The position numbers were made by a program, and so were the translations under genes. From an uncultured Chloroflexia bacterium (GTDB lineage: Bacteria; Chloroflexota; Limnocylindria; Limnocylindrales; CSP1-4): DNA of 64,000 nt. The stretch's first letter is position 1. Each line of letters begins with the position of its first letter. The notes beneath the pieces were generated by a model. The model had not been told where the DNA came from. It did not search any database and was given only the letters and a program-made list of their open reading frames with translations. Location of the stretch: assembly GCA_963720755.1 (NCBI GenBank), contig CAVRGP010000011.1, positions 480,001 through 544,000 of the forward strand. The letters are read 5' to 3'. Positions 1-10,472 of the stretch are shown one piece after another.

Positions 1-178
1 GGGCACCTTCCACGATCCGGATGCCGAAGGGATCCATCACCGTGGCTTCGAACGTGCCGCCATCGCCGGGCTGGCGCGCGACGCCGGTTTCGCCGACGTG
101 GCTGTCACGACGGCCACCGAGATCACCCGGGATGGTGTGACCTATCCGCTCTTCCTCCTCCTCGGTCGCAAGCCGTGA
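1..178 (+). CDS. 3' end of probable class I SAM-dependent methyltransferase (partial)
   Basis: Frame 2 reads GTFHDPDAEGIHHRGFERAAIAGLARDAGFADV...YPLFLLLGRKP*, a typical methyltransferase C-terminus; the stop overlaps the next GTG (GTGA). Confidence 0.55.
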   Translation, partial: GTFHDPDAEGIHHRGFERAAIAGLARDAGFADVAVTTATEITRDGVTYPLFLLLGRKP

Positions 179-837
179 GTCACTCGGGCGACGTCATCGC
201 CGTCTCGATCGAGACGGGGTCCAAGAAGGTCTTCGCCCGGGCCATCGACTGGCCGGGATGGGCCCGATCGGGCAAGAGCGAGACCCTGGCTCTGTCGGCG
301 CTGGCGGCGTACGCACCTCGCTATGGGGTGGTGGCGTCGTCGGCCGGGGAACCGTTCGATCCGACCACCTACGACGTCGTCGAACGATCGTCCGGCGGCA
401 CCAGCACCGACTTCGGCGTGCCTTCGGCGATCACGGACGTCGACCGGCGGCCGATCGCGGACGATGAAGCCGCCCGCCGGGCAGCGGTCGTCGCCGCCGC
501 CTGGGCCGAATTCGATCGCGTCGCCGCCACGGCACCCGTCGAGCTGCGGAAAGGACCGCGCGGCGGCGGGCGGGATCGGGACAAGATGATCGGACACGTG
601 ATCGGAGCGGACCACGCGTACGCACGTGAGATCGGCCATCGCGGACCGGAACCGGATCCCCACGATGTTCCCGCGGTCGCCGCCGAGCGCGCCGCGGTCC
701 TGGCGATCCTTCGCCGGCCGTCCGACGGATCCGCCCTGGACGGCCGCAGATGGACGACGCGCTATGCCGCGGCGCGGATCGCCTGGCACGCCCTCGACCA
801 CGCCTGGGAGATGGAAGACCGGTCCGACCCGGGCTGA
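175..837 (+). CDS. Conserved hypothetical protein, HicB-like N-terminus plus DinB-like C-terminus
   Basis: AIDWPGWARSGKSETLAL resembles a HicB-like fold; HVIGADHAY and RIAWHALDHAWEMEDR resemble the DinB His motifs; translationally coupled to the upstream gene. Confidence 0.6.
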   Translation: MSHSGDVIAVSIETGSKKVFARAIDWPGWARSGKSETLALSALAAYAPRYGVVASSAGEPFDPTTYDVVERSSGGTSTDFGVPSAITDVDRRPIADDEAARRAAVVAAAWAEFDRVAATAPVELRKGPRGGGRDRDKMIGHVIGADHAYAREIGHRGPEPDPHDVPAVAAERAAVLAILRRPSDGSALDGRRWTTRYAAARIAWHALDHAWEMEDRSDPG

Positions 838-852
838 CGTTCCGACCCTGGG

Positions 853-1677
853 TCAGGGCGGTCCGGACCAGCCGATCGCCTCGGCCGCGCTCGCGACGAT
901 CTCGGCGGCCGAGCGACCCGCGGCTCGAAGATCGCGGACCGAGGTGTCCCCGTCCGCCTTCGACAACTTGCGGCCATCAGCGCGTCGGACAAGTCGATGG
1001 TGGGCGAAGGTCGGCGGCCGTGCCCGGCCGAGCAGGCGGCCGAGCCGGATCTGTTCTCCCGTCGCACTCAGCAGGTCCCGTCCGCGGACGACCAGATCGA
1101 TCTCGCCAAGCTGGTCGTCGACGACGACGGACAGCAGATAGGTCCAATTCCGTGCCCGGTCACGGATGGCTGGATCGCCGTGCGCACCGACCTCGGCCAC
1201 ACAGGGCCCGACGAGTGCGTCCATCCACGCCTCGGAGCCTCCGCCGAGGGCGACCCGCAGCGTCGGGCCAGGGACTGCGCGATCGCGACAGGAGCCCGGA
1301 CAGCCGGGACCGCTCCAGGCGCGTCCGCGTTCCTGTGCCCAGTGTTCGATGGTGGTCCGCGAACAGTCGCAGCCGTAGACGACACCTTGTTCATCGAGTC
1401 GTGCCAGGGCGGCCGCATAGGGTGCGTCGTCGTCGCTCTGGCGGACCGGGCCCGCATCGGGAACGAACCCCAGCCAGGCGATGTCGTCGAGGACGGCGGC
1501 ATCGTACTCGGGGCGGCAGCGCTGCCGGTCGTGGTCCTCGATCCGGAGCAGCACGTGGCCCGTCGCCGCCCGCGCCATCGCCCAGACCGCGACGGCGTTG
1601 GCGACGTGGCCGAGGTGCAGGTAGCCGGTCGGGGCCGGGGCGAACCGGGTCCGTGCGCCGGGCTCGACGACGCTCAA
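853..1677 (-). CDS. gluQ: Glutamyl-Q tRNA(Asp) synthetase-like protein (GluRS catalytic domain only)
   Basis: TRFAPAPTGYLHLGH, LRIEDHD, VVRGRDL and KLSK motifs; 274 aa with no anticodon-binding domain. Confidence 0.8.
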   Translation of the reverse strand: MSVVEPGARTRFAPAPTGYLHLGHVANAVAVWAMARAATGHVLLRIEDHDRQRCRPEYDAAVLDDIAWLGFVPDAGPVRQSDDDAPYAAALARLDEQGVVYGCDCSRTTIEHWAQERGRAWSGPGCPGSCRDRAVPGPTLRVALGGGSEAWMDALVGPCVAEVGAHGDPAIRDRARNWTYLLSVVVDDQLGEIDLVVRGRDLLSATGEQIRLGRLLGRARPPTFAHHRLVRRADGRKLSKADGDTSVRDLRAAGRSAAEIVASAAEAIGWSGPP

Positions 1678-3278
1678 GGCTCGGGCGACGACAGCGCCGA
1701 GGGCGTCGGGACCGAGGAATAGACGAACGTCGGCACGACGCGCAGGTCAAGGGCGACCGCCGTCCCCATGGCCTCGTCCAGCGCGGCCTGGAGGTCGGCA
1801 GGATCGGGCGGCCGGTCGGGACCCGCGACCGCGACATCGACCTGGCCGTCGATCACGTCGAGCGTCACGATCGTGAACCCCGGGACCGGCGCCAGCCATT
1901 CCTCGACGATCCCGGTCACGAGTTGGGTCTCGTTCGCGACGATGATCGCCTGGCGTCCGCCGACCGTCAGCGGGATCAGCAGCAGGATGCCTGCCACCGC
2001 GAACGTCGCGAACCAACCCTGGGTGCGCTCGGCATTCTGGGCCAGGCGCCCGATCGGGACGACGCCGACCAGGACGAAGACGACGGACGCGGCGACGACG
2101 ATCGACACGAAGTTGGTGATGAACAGCAACATCGCTCCGCTCGCGAGCGACCAATCGTTGTGGCTGATCAGGATCCCGGCGGTCGCCAGTGGCGGGACGA
2201 GGGCGATCGCGATGGCGACTCCCGGCAGCGAGTCGGCGACCTTGCTGTTCGAGGCGGCATAGGCTCCGGCCGCCCCCGCGGCGAGGGCGACGACGAGATC
2301 GAGGATGTTCGGCGATGTCCTCGCGAGGATCTCACTGTTCGCGATGACCGACGGGGCGCTGCCGAGCCATGCTCCCATCACGAACCCGATGACCACCGTC
2401 AGGCCGATCCCCAGGATCGACACCATCAGGCAGCGAACGGTCCGGGATGGCAGGCCCGTCACGATCCCGACGGCGATGCCGACGATCGGTCCCATGAGCG
2501 GCGCGATGATCATCGCTCCGATGATGCTTGCGACCGAGTTCCCGATCAGCCCGGCGCTGGCGATGACCGAGGCAAGGATGAGCAGGATGGAGAACCGCGC
2601 CAACCGCTCGCCATCGGCCGGATCGTAGTCGTACGCGGTCAGGATCTGGTCGCGGAAGTCGTCGCCGATGTCCCGCCGGCTGAGCCACCCACTGATCACG
2701 TCGGCCACGCCGTGCGGCGGGCTCGGGTCGTCCGGCTGCGTGCGGTCGGCCTGGCCGGATCCGACGATCTCGATCGTGCCGATCGCGATCCACCCGACGG
2801 CGGCCACCAGGAGGACGATCCCGAGCGCCACAGCGGGGACGACGACGAGGACGAGGGCGACGGCGGTGGCGAGTGCGGCCCGGATGGCCCGGATCCGTCG
2901 CGTGCCCGGGACGGTCGCATGCCAGCTGGCCCAGCCATCCACCACGGCCAAGCCGGCGAGGGTGACCGCCAGGACCTGCGTCTCGAGCGTGGACCCGCCA
3001 CGAGAGGAGGCGAGGAGCGCGACGCCCACACCGACCCCGGTCACGGCCCAGATCCCGCGGCGCCGATGGCCGCGGACGGTCCGCGACGGATCGTCCGGTG
3101 CCTGCGGGATGGCGAGTTCCAGGAGGCTCGCGATGATCAGCGCGATACCCAGGATCAGCGGCGCCGCCTCGGGCCGGAGCAGCGACAGCGTCCCGGCCAC
3201 GATCCCGATCCCGCCACGGATCCTGACGACGGATCGCCGGCGGACCACCGTGGGATCGTCGTCAGGCCTCTGGGTCAC
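1674..3278 (-). CDS. DUF389 (TIGR00341-like) membrane protein with extra N-terminal TM region
   Basis: IIGAMIIAPLMGPI, EILARTSP, DLVVALAAGAAGA and LPGVAIAIALVPPL motifs. Confidence 0.85.
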   Translation of the reverse strand: MTQRPDDDPTVVRRRSVVRIRGGIGIVAGTLSLLRPEAAPLILGIALIIASLLELAIPQAPDDPSRTVRGHRRRGIWAVTGVGVGVALLASSRGGSTLETQVLAVTLAGLAVVDGWASWHATVPGTRRIRAIRAALATAVALVLVVVPAVALGIVLLVAAVGWIAIGTIEIVGSGQADRTQPDDPSPPHGVADVISGWLSRRDIGDDFRDQILTAYDYDPADGERLARFSILLILASVIASAGLIGNSVASIIGAMIIAPLMGPIVGIAVGIVTGLPSRTVRCLMVSILGIGLTVVIGFVMGAWLGSAPSVIANSEILARTSPNILDLVVALAAGAAGAYAASNSKVADSLPGVAIAIALVPPLATAGILISHNDWSLASGAMLLFITNFVSIVVAASVVFVLVGVVPIGRLAQNAERTQGWFATFAVAGILLLIPLTVGGRQAIIVANETQLVTGIVEEWLAPVPGFTIVTLDVIDGQVDVAVAGPDRPPDPADLQAALDEAMGTAVALDLRVVPTFVYSSVPTPSALSSPEP

Positions 3279-3588
3279 CGCCTGCCTCCTCCGGATCGTG
3301 GCGGTCGACGCGTTCGACGGCCCGGGTCGCGGCGATCAGTCGCCGATACAGCGCAAGGAGGTCGGCCTGGGGTAGTGGCCCCTCGTTGGCGATCGTGACC
3401 CGGAGGAGCACCTCGCGCTCGCGTTCACGGTCGCGGATGGCCCGCCAGCCGCTGGCGGACTTCTCGCGTCCGACCAGGCGGGCGAGCTCCGTTCGTTCGT
3501 TGAGCAGTTCGACGATCCGACGATCAAGCGCGTCGATCCGATGTCGGAGCCGGCGCAGTTCTGCCGTTTCGATCGGCTTGTCAGGCAT
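3262..3588 (-). CDS. Chorismate mutase (AroQ class/type II)
   Basis: LRHRIDALDRRIVELLNER...VGREK...RDRERE; located in the aro operon. Confidence 0.9.
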   Translation of the reverse strand: MPDKPIETAELRRLRHRIDALDRRIVELLNERTELARLVGREKSASGWRAIRDREREREVLLRVTIANEGPLPQADLLALYRRLIAATRAVERVDRHDPEEAGGDPEA

Positions 3589-4021
3589 CGTCGTCCTTGG
3601 CTCGCCGAGCGACCGTCTCGAGGGCGAGGATGTAGCCGGTCGGGCCCTGACCGACGATCAATTCCAGGGCGATGTCGGACAGGAAGTTGACCTGGCGGAA
3701 CGGTTCCCGCTTTGCCGGGTCGGACAGGTGGACCTCGATGAACGGGCGCTCGACGGCAAGGAGGGCGTCGCGGAGCGCCACGCTCGTGTGCGTCAACCCG
3801 CCGGCGTTGACGATCGCGATGTCGAAATCGCGCCGGTGCAGCCGATCGATGAGCGCACCCTCGTGGTTGGACTGGAAGAAGTCGAGGATCAAGCCGAGAT
3901 CGATGGCTCGAACGGCCATCGCATCGTGGATGTCCTCGAGCGATCGGCGACCGTAGATATCCGGTTCGCGGGTCCCGACGAGGTTGAGATTGGGGCCTTG
4001 GAGGACGAGGACGGTCGTCAT
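3581..4021 (-). CDS. aroQ: Type II 3-dehydroquinate dehydratase
   Basis: GPNLNLVGTREPDIYG, FQSNHEG and EVHLS motifs; start set at the ATG overlapping the aroKB stop (ATGA). Confidence 0.95.
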   Translation of the reverse strand: MTTVLVLQGPNLNLVGTREPDIYGRRSLEDIHDAMAVRAIDLGLILDFFQSNHEGALIDRLHRRDFDIAIVNAGGLTHTSVALRDALLAVERPFIEVHLSDPAKREPFRQVNFLSDIALELIVGQGPTGYILALETVARRAKDDDA

Positions 4022-5673
4022 CGGGCGTTCGCCACGGGGTCGACCAGCTGGCTCGCGGCGGCCCGTGCGACGACGGCAGGATCGATGTCGTCGCGAACGA
4101 CCACCCCGTCGCCGGTCGGCAACACCCATCGCTGTCGACCGGCGACACGCTTCTTGTCGGCAGCGAGATGGTCCATGACCGCGGTGAGCGGATAGGGGAG
4201 TGGGTCGCTCGGCAGGCCGCATGCATCGAGCAGGCGTTCGATGCGCTGCGCCCGCTCCGCCGGCGTCACGCCGACCTCGAGTCCGATCCCGATCGCCGCG
4301 CGAAGACCGTACGCGACCGCCTCGCCGTGGAGCAGGTCGCCATACCCGGCAGCGGCCTCGTAGGCGTGGCCGAGGGAGTGCCCAAGGTTCAGGGTGATCC
4401 GGCCACCGCTCGGGCCGCGCTCTCGCTCATCCGCCACCACGACCTCCACCTTTGCCCAACTGGCTCGCTCGACGACTTCGGCGAGGACACCTCGCTCGAA
4501 CACACCCGGGTCGGAACGGGCGATGGCCGGCCCCTCCGCTTCGAGGAGCTCGAACAGGCGCGGATCGCCGAGTACCGCCATCTTGATCGCCTCGCCGAGC
4601 GCAGCCCGGAGCTGGCGCTCGGGCAGCGTCTCGAGGACGTGGAGGTCGATGACGATCGCAGCCGGCTGATGGAAAGCCCCGATGAGGTTCTTGCCGTCGG
4701 GCAGGTCCACGCCGGTCTTGCCTCCGATCGACGAATCGATCTGGGCGACGAGGGTCGTCGGGACCTGGATGTAGCGGATGCCGCGCAGGTAGGTCGCGGC
4801 CAGGAACCCGGCGGTGTCGCCGAGGGCGCCACCCCCGACGGCCACGATCACGTCGCTGCGCTCGATGCGGTTTCGGGCCAGCTCCCGGGCGGCCGTCTCG
4901 ATCACCGTGAGGCGCTTGGCGTCCTCACCCTGCGGGATCAGGATCTCGACGACCTCGATGCCCCGCCCGCGAAGCCCATCCGCAAGCTCCTGGCCATGGG
5001 CGGCCCACGCGCCGGGCTCGCTGACAACTGTCGCCCGTCGCGTGCCGAGGCGGGTCAGTTCCCCGGCGATGGCATCGGGCGCGATGCGATCGCCGATGAC
5101 GAGTCGTCCGATCGAGGTGTCCGCCCGGAGCAGGGTCGTCGCCCCGGACCCACCGTCGAAGCCCACCAGCCGGCCGTCGACGGCATCCACGACCGCGTGG
5201 ACGTCTGACACCCCGGACTGGTGGATATCCGCGGCGGCGTAGAAACGCTCTCGCTGGACGGCCAGCTCGCGGATCGCGCCGATCGGGTCGCGTCCCGTCA
5301 CGAGCGGTCGGACGTGCGGGGATCGACGCAGGCGCTGGGCCAGGACCTCCGGCCGGCCGTCCAGCCAGACCGATCGCCGCCCACCAAAGAGCATCCATCG
5401 ATTCTCGGGATCGACCACCGCGCCTCCGCCGGTCGAGATGACCCGACCGATCGCCGTCGCCGGGTCCGCTGGTCCGAGATCGGCGATCGCGGCTCGTTCC
5501 AGGGCGCGGAACGCAGCTTCGCCATCGTCCTCGAAGATAGCCGGGATCGTCCGACCGGCGGTCGCCTCGATCCGCTCGTCGAGATCGACGAATGCCGCTC
5601 CGTGTCGTCCGGCCAGCCGCCGGCCGACGACGCTCTTGCCGCTCCCGGGCAGACCGACCATCACCACGTCCAT
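4018..5673 (-). CDS. aroKB: Bifunctional shikimate kinase / 3-dehydroquinate synthase
   Basis: GLPGSGKS P-loop and STGGGAV (AroK); GGGALGD, PTTLVAQIDSSIGGKTG, NLGHSLGHA and HGEAV (AroB). Confidence 0.95.
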   Translation of the reverse strand: MDVVMVGLPGSGKSVVGRRLAGRHGAAFVDLDERIEATAGRTIPAIFEDDGEAAFRALERAAIADLGPADPATAIGRVISTGGGAVVDPENRWMLFGGRRSVWLDGRPEVLAQRLRRSPHVRPLVTGRDPIGAIRELAVQRERFYAAADIHQSGVSDVHAVVDAVDGRLVGFDGGSGATTLLRADTSIGRLVIGDRIAPDAIAGELTRLGTRRATVVSEPGAWAAHGQELADGLRGRGIEVVEILIPQGEDAKRLTVIETAARELARNRIERSDVIVAVGGGALGDTAGFLAATYLRGIRYIQVPTTLVAQIDSSIGGKTGVDLPDGKNLIGAFHQPAAIVIDLHVLETLPERQLRAALGEAIKMAVLGDPRLFELLEAEGPAIARSDPGVFERGVLAEVVERASWAKVEVVVADERERGPSGGRITLNLGHSLGHAYEAAAGYGDLLHGEAVAYGLRAAIGIGLEVGVTPAERAQRIERLLDACGLPSDPLPYPLTAVMDHLAADKKRVAGRQRWVLPTGDGVVVRDDIDPAVVARAAASQLVDPVANAR

Positions 5674-5681
5674 CCGCGGTC

Positions 5682-7001
5682 TCAGTCGTCGCCGCCGGAT
5701 CCGGCCTCGTCGGTGCCGGTCAGGCCATGGATCATGGAGGCATCCGATTGCGCACCCGCGGGACCCCGCCGCCCGCCCGCGACCGGCGCCTCCGGTGGCT
5801 GTGCGATGCGCGCCCGGTAGCTGGCCAACCCGGTTCGCACGTCGTCGATCGTGTCGCCACCGAACTTCTCGAGGATGGCCGCCGCCAGGGTCAACATCAC
5901 CATGGCCTCGGCGACGACACCGGCGGCCGGCACGACGCTGATGTCGCTCCGCTCGTAGTGCGCCTTGTCGACGGCTTCACCGGTGATGAGATCGGCCGAC
6001 GGGAGCGGTTTGGCCAGCGTGGAGATCGGCTTGACCGCGCCCCGAACGACGAGGGGCTCGCCGTTGGTGACGCCGCCGGTGAGGCCACCAGCGTTGTTCG
6101 ACCGGTGGATCCAGCGACCGTCGGACTCGCGGCCCTCGATGACGTCGTGGACGCTCGAGCCGAACCGGCGCGTCTGTTCGAATCCGAGGCCGAACTCGAC
6201 CCCCTTCACGATGTTGATGCTCATGACCGCGGCCGCCAGCGCGCCATCCAGACGTCGATCCCAGTGGACGTAGGATCCGAGTCCGATCGGCAGGCCGTGC
6301 ACGACGACTTCGAAGACGCCACCGACCGAGTCGCCGGAGGATCGCGCCTCGTCGATCCGGGCGATCATCGCGGCCTCGGCTTCCGGGTCGGGGCAGCGCA
6401 GCGGCGATTCGTCGGCCGCGTCCCGTGACCGCGTGCACCGATCCGGATCGACCGCGACGCCACCGACCTCAGCGGTGAACGACCAGGTCTCGATCCCGAG
6501 TTCACGCAGGAAGGCCCGCGCGACGCCGCCAGCCGCCACCCGGGCGGCCGTCTCTCGGGCGGACGCCCGTTCGAGGACGTTCCGGACGTCATTGAAGCCG
6601 TACTTGAGGGCGCCGGCGAGGTCGGCGTGGCCGGGCCGGACTCGGGTCACCGGGGTCGCCCGCTTGTTCCCCTCGACGGACGCCGCGTGGAGGGCCGCCG
6701 CCGCTTCGTCGTCGAGCGGCTCGACGGACATGACCTGGGTCCAGTTCTCCCAGTCCCGATTGCGGACCACGAGCAGGATCGGCGAGCCGAGCGTCAGCCC
6801 GTGACGGACGCCGGCGAGGATCTCGGCGCGATCCTGCTCGATCGTCTGGCGAGCCCCGCGTCCATACCCGCGTTGTCGGCGAGCGAGGTCGATGGCGATC
6901 CCGTCGGCACTGATGGCAAGACCAGCCGGGACACCCTCGATCGTCACCCCGAGGGCAGGGCCGTGCGACTCGCCGGCGGTCAGGAATCGGAAGGCGCCCA
7001 T
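5682..7001 (-). CDS. aroC: Chorismate synthase
   Basis: FLTAGESHG, RPGHAD, ERASARETA and KPISTL motifs; start placed at MGAFRF. Confidence 0.95.
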   Translation of the reverse strand: MGAFRFLTAGESHGPALGVTIEGVPAGLAISADGIAIDLARRQRGYGRGARQTIEQDRAEILAGVRHGLTLGSPILLVVRNRDWENWTQVMSVEPLDDEAAAALHAASVEGNKRATPVTRVRPGHADLAGALKYGFNDVRNVLERASARETAARVAAGGVARAFLRELGIETWSFTAEVGGVAVDPDRCTRSRDAADESPLRCPDPEAEAAMIARIDEARSSGDSVGGVFEVVVHGLPIGLGSYVHWDRRLDGALAAAVMSINIVKGVEFGLGFEQTRRFGSSVHDVIEGRESDGRWIHRSNNAGGLTGGVTNGEPLVVRGAVKPISTLAKPLPSADLITGEAVDKAHYERSDISVVPAAGVVAEAMVMLTLAAAILEKFGGDTIDDVRTGLASYRARIAQPPEAPVAGGRRGPAGAQSDASMIHGLTGTDEAGSGGDD

Positions 7002-7044
7002 CGTCGGTCCGTCGGGTCCGCTGGTCGGTCCGGGTCCCGGTCGG

Positions 7045-7956
7045 TCAGTCGACGGCGCCGGCGGCCGAGGCGACATCGTCCGCCTCGACGCCCGTCGCTT
7101 CGCCTTCGGCAGAACGGAGCCCGTCCGCCCTGGCCGCCGCCAATCGTTCCTGCATCAGGTCGAGTGGCGCCGGTTGCCCGGTCCACAGGCTGAACGCAGC
7201 CGCGCCCTGGTGGAGGAGCATCAACTCACCGTCGGCGACCGACGCGCCGGCCGCCGCCGCGTCACGGAGCAACGTCGTTCGGGCGTAGATGAGGTCAAGC
7301 ACGAGCAGGTCCGCATGGAGCACCTCGGCCGGGACGGGGCTTTCGGAATCCGTGAGCCCGATGGACGTCGCATTGACCAGCACCCGCGTCTTGGCCAGCT
7401 CGGATTCGATGATGGACTCGTGCCAGGGCATGGCTCGCAGTTCCATGTGCGCGGCGCTCCGCCCGAAATGCTTGACCAGGCCCTCGGCGCGATGGAGATG
7501 CCGATTGAACACGACGATCCGCTGGAAGCCCTCGGTGATCAGCCCGTAGACGACCGCGCGGGCGCCCCCGCCGGCGCCGAGGACGACCGCCTGTCGCGGC
7601 ATCTTCTGCTTGCCGACGAGTCGATCGAGCGCGAACTTGAAGCCGGGCACGTCGGTGTTGTGGCCGATCAGGCGCTTGCCCTCACGGGTGATCGTATTGA
7701 CCGCCCCGGTGACGTGGGCCTCGTCGGTCGAGCGGTCGATCATCGGGACCACTCGTTCCTTGTGGGGGATCGTGACGTTGGCACCGAGGAAGTCGTCGCC
7801 GCGGAGGCTGTCGATGGCCTCCGGGAGGTCCATCGGCGACCGATCCCACAGTTCGTACGTGGCATCGATCCCGGCCGCGTCGAAGGCCGCTTGCTGCATC
7901 GCGCCCGACAGAGAATGGGCGACCGGGTGCCCGATGAGGACCACGCGCTTCGTCAT
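7045..7956 (-). CDS. aroE: Shikimate dehydrogenase
   Basis: GHPVAHSLS, NVTIPHK, GAVNT, NTD and GAGGGARA motifs. Confidence 0.95.
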   Translation of the reverse strand: MTKRVVLIGHPVAHSLSGAMQQAAFDAAGIDATYELWDRSPMDLPEAIDSLRGDDFLGANVTIPHKERVVPMIDRSTDEAHVTGAVNTITREGKRLIGHNTDVPGFKFALDRLVGKQKMPRQAVVLGAGGGARAVVYGLITEGFQRIVVFNRHLHRAEGLVKHFGRSAAHMELRAMPWHESIIESELAKTRVLVNATSIGLTDSESPVPAEVLHADLLVLDLIYARTTLLRDAAAAGASVADGELMLLHQGAAAFSLWTGQPAPLDLMQERLAAARADGLRSAEGEATGVEADDVASAAGAVD

Positions 7957-9317
7957 GCTCGTACCCTTTCGAGGTCATCGAAGAATCCTGGATAAGAGAT
8001 CGTGGCGGCGTCGGGCCGCTCGATGGCCGTCTCGCCTGCTGCGGCCAACCCGGCGATGGCGAAGGTCATGACGAGCCGGTGGTCGTCGAGACCGTCAGTC
8101 GCGGCTCCGTGAAGCGTCTTGCCGCCGATGATCCGGAGGTCGTCGCCGTCGATGTCCACCCTGGCTCCCATCGCCCGCAATCCGGCGGCGGTGCCCGTCA
8201 TCCGATCGGATTCCTTGTGACGGAGTTCGCCCGCGCCTCGGATGACCGTGGTCCCGGTCGCGGCGGTCGCCGCGAGGCACAGGATCGGGATCTCGTCGAT
8301 CGCGGCGGCGACGTCGACCGGGCTCAGATCGATCGCGTGGAGCGACGAGGAACGGACGATCAGGTCGGCGATCGGTTCGCCCGCGCCGCGATCCGCTTCA
8401 TCCGCGCTCGCGTCCGTCGGCCGTTCTTCGATATCGGCACCCATCGAGCGGAGGAGATCGATGATCGCGCGTCGCGTCGGATTGACACCGACACCACGGA
8501 TCACGAACTCGGCGTCGGGGTGGATGGCTCCGGCAACGAGCCAGAACGCAGCGGCCGAGACGTCGCCCGGGACTCGTTCCGTCACCGCTTGCACCGGTAT
8601 CCCTCCTTGGACCGTCCAGCCCACCGAACCGTCGGTCGCATCGGTGCGATCGACCGGCACGCCCCTCGCCCGTAGCATCCGTTCGGTGTGATCCCGGGTC
8701 GCCACCGACTCATGAACCGTCGTCCGCCCCTCGGCTCGCAACCCGGCCAGCAGGATCGCCGACTTGACTTGCGCGCTCGGGACCGCGGTCGTGTGATCGA
8801 TCGCCCGGAGCGGGGAGTGGCCGACCACGGTCACTGGAGGGAGGGTGTCGCCTTGCCGGCCATGGAGGTCGGCGCCCATCGCACGGAGTGGCTCGATGAT
8901 ACGGGCGACCGGGCGCCGACGCAACGAATCGTCGCCGTCCAGGGTGGCCGTGACAGGCGATCCGGCGAGGACGCCGGCGAGCAGCCGAAGACTCGTCCCG
9001 GAATTCCCGCAATCGAGGACGGTCGTCGGCTGGGCCAACCCGGCGACACCCGCCGATTGGACGCGGTAGTCGACCGTCGAACCGCCGCCCGGCGACCGCT
9101 CCACCGTGACCCCGAGTGCGCGCAGGACGCTCGCGGTCGATCGCACGTCGGCTCCGTCGCCTGCGCCGTGGATCCGGCTTTCGCCGCTCGCCAGCGCGGC
9201 CAGGATGAGCGCCCGGTGGCTGATCGACTTGTCACCGGGCAGGCGCAGGTCGCCGCGCAGGCGACGGGCATGGCCGACCCGGGCCGCGGTCGGTCCGGTG
9301 GCAGACGAGGCGGTCAC
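7953..9317 (-). CDS. aroA: EPSP synthase (class II)
   Basis: PGDKSISHRA, DCGNSGT, SAQVKSA, ELRHKESDR and DHR motifs. Confidence 0.95.
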   Translation of the reverse strand: MTASSATGPTAARVGHARRLRGDLRLPGDKSISHRALILAALASGESRIHGAGDGADVRSTASVLRALGVTVERSPGGGSTVDYRVQSAGVAGLAQPTTVLDCGNSGTSLRLLAGVLAGSPVTATLDGDDSLRRRPVARIIEPLRAMGADLHGRQGDTLPPVTVVGHSPLRAIDHTTAVPSAQVKSAILLAGLRAEGRTTVHESVATRDHTERMLRARGVPVDRTDATDGSVGWTVQGGIPVQAVTERVPGDVSAAAFWLVAGAIHPDAEFVIRGVGVNPTRRAIIDLLRSMGADIEERPTDASADEADRGAGEPIADLIVRSSSLHAIDLSPVDVAAAIDEIPILCLAATAATGTTVIRGAGELRHKESDRMTGTAAGLRAMGARVDIDGDDLRIIGGKTLHGAATDGLDDHRLVMTFAIAGLAAAGETAIERPDAATISYPGFFDDLERVRA

Positions 9318-9321
9318 GGGG

Positions 9322-10356
9322 TCACCCCTGCACCGCGTAGACGGACCGGATCTGCTCGTGGAGCGGAACGACCGCCGCCATCATGTCGCGGAACTGGTCG
9401 AGCGTGAGTTGCTGGTCGGCGTCCGACAGCGCTGCGTCGGGATCCGGATGGACTTCGACCATGATCCCGTCCGCGCCGACGGCGACCCCACCGAGGGCCA
9501 GCGGTTTGACCAGCCATCGTTTCCCGGTGGCGTGACTGGGATCGACCACGACCGGCAGGTGGGTCAGGCGGTGGAGGAGCGGGACGGCGGCCAGGTCCAT
9601 CGTGTTGCGCGTATAGGTCTCGAACGTGCGGATGCCGCGCTCGCACAGGATCACCCTGGGGTTGCCGGAGCTGACGATGTATTCGGCGGCCATCAGGAAT
9701 TCCTCGATGGTCGCCCCGTAGCCGCGCTTCAGCATCACCGGTCTGGCCACCCGGCCGACGTCGCGCAGGAGCGAGTAGTTCTGCATGTTCCGGGTGCCGA
9801 TCTGGAGGATGTCGGCGTACTCGGCCACGATGTCGACCTGGCTCGGCTCCATCACCTCGGTGATCACCGGCAGTCCGGTCCGCTCGCGCGCCTCGGCCAG
9901 GAAACGGAGGCCGCCGATCCCGAGCCCCTGGAACGCGTAGGGCGACGTGCGCGGCTTGAACGCCCCGCCGCGCAGGATGGTCGCGCCGGCGGCCTTGACC
10001 GCGTCCGCGGTTTCGAACAGTTGGTCCCGACTCTCGATCGAGCATGGTCCGGCCATGATCGTGAGGGAGCCGTCACCGATGGCCGTGTCGAGAACCTGGA
10101 TGACCGTATCCTCGGGATGGAACTCTCGCGAGGTCAGCTTGAACGGCCGGCTGAGCGCGGTGACCGATGCGACCCCGGGCAGCCCACCGAACCGAGAGAT
10201 CAGCGCCGGCTTGCGCGCGCCGATCTCGCCAACGACTGCGACCGTGGTCCGGCCATCACTGACGTGATCGAACGGTGTCAGGCCCTCGGACAGGATCTGG
10301 CTCTTGACGCCGAGGATCTCGGCTTCGCTGGCGCCGACGCTCATCACGACGATCAT
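9322..10356 (-). CDS. aroF: DAHP synthase type I-beta with N-terminal ACT-like regulatory domain
   Basis: [36 protein letters not shown] and DPSH motifs; start MIVVM with GAGGGAG RBS. Confidence 0.95.
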   Translation of the reverse strand: MIVVMSVGASEAEILGVKSQILSEGLTPFDHVSDGRTTVAVVGEIGARKPALISRFGGLPGVASVTALSRPFKLTSREFHPEDTVIQVLDTAIGDGSLTIMAGPCSIESRDQLFETADAVKAAGATILRGGAFKPRTSPYAFQGLGIGGLRFLAEARERTGLPVITEVMEPSQVDIVAEYADILQIGTRNMQNYSLLRDVGRVARPVMLKRGYGATIEEFLMAAEYIVSSGNPRVILCERGIRTFETYTRNTMDLAAVPLLHRLTHLPVVVDPSHATGKRWLVKPLALGGVAVGADGIMVEVHPDPDAALSDADQQLTLDQFRDMMAAVVPLHEQIRSVYAVQG

Positions 10357-10390
10357 CGCGCTGGTGTCTCCCTCAGTCGGTCGCGCCGGC

Positions 10391-10424
10391 ACAAAACAAA
10401 AAAGCAGAGGTCTCGCCTCTGCTT
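10391..10424 (-). terminator. Intrinsic terminator in the aro operon leader (attenuator)
   Basis: AAGCAGAGG-cgaga-CCTCTGCTT followed by TTTTGTTTTGT, lying between the promoter and aroF. Confidence 0.85.
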
Positions 10425-10472
10425 CGTTTGCCCGGCACGACCCGTGCCCCCGGTCTCAGCGACCGGGAAGCG

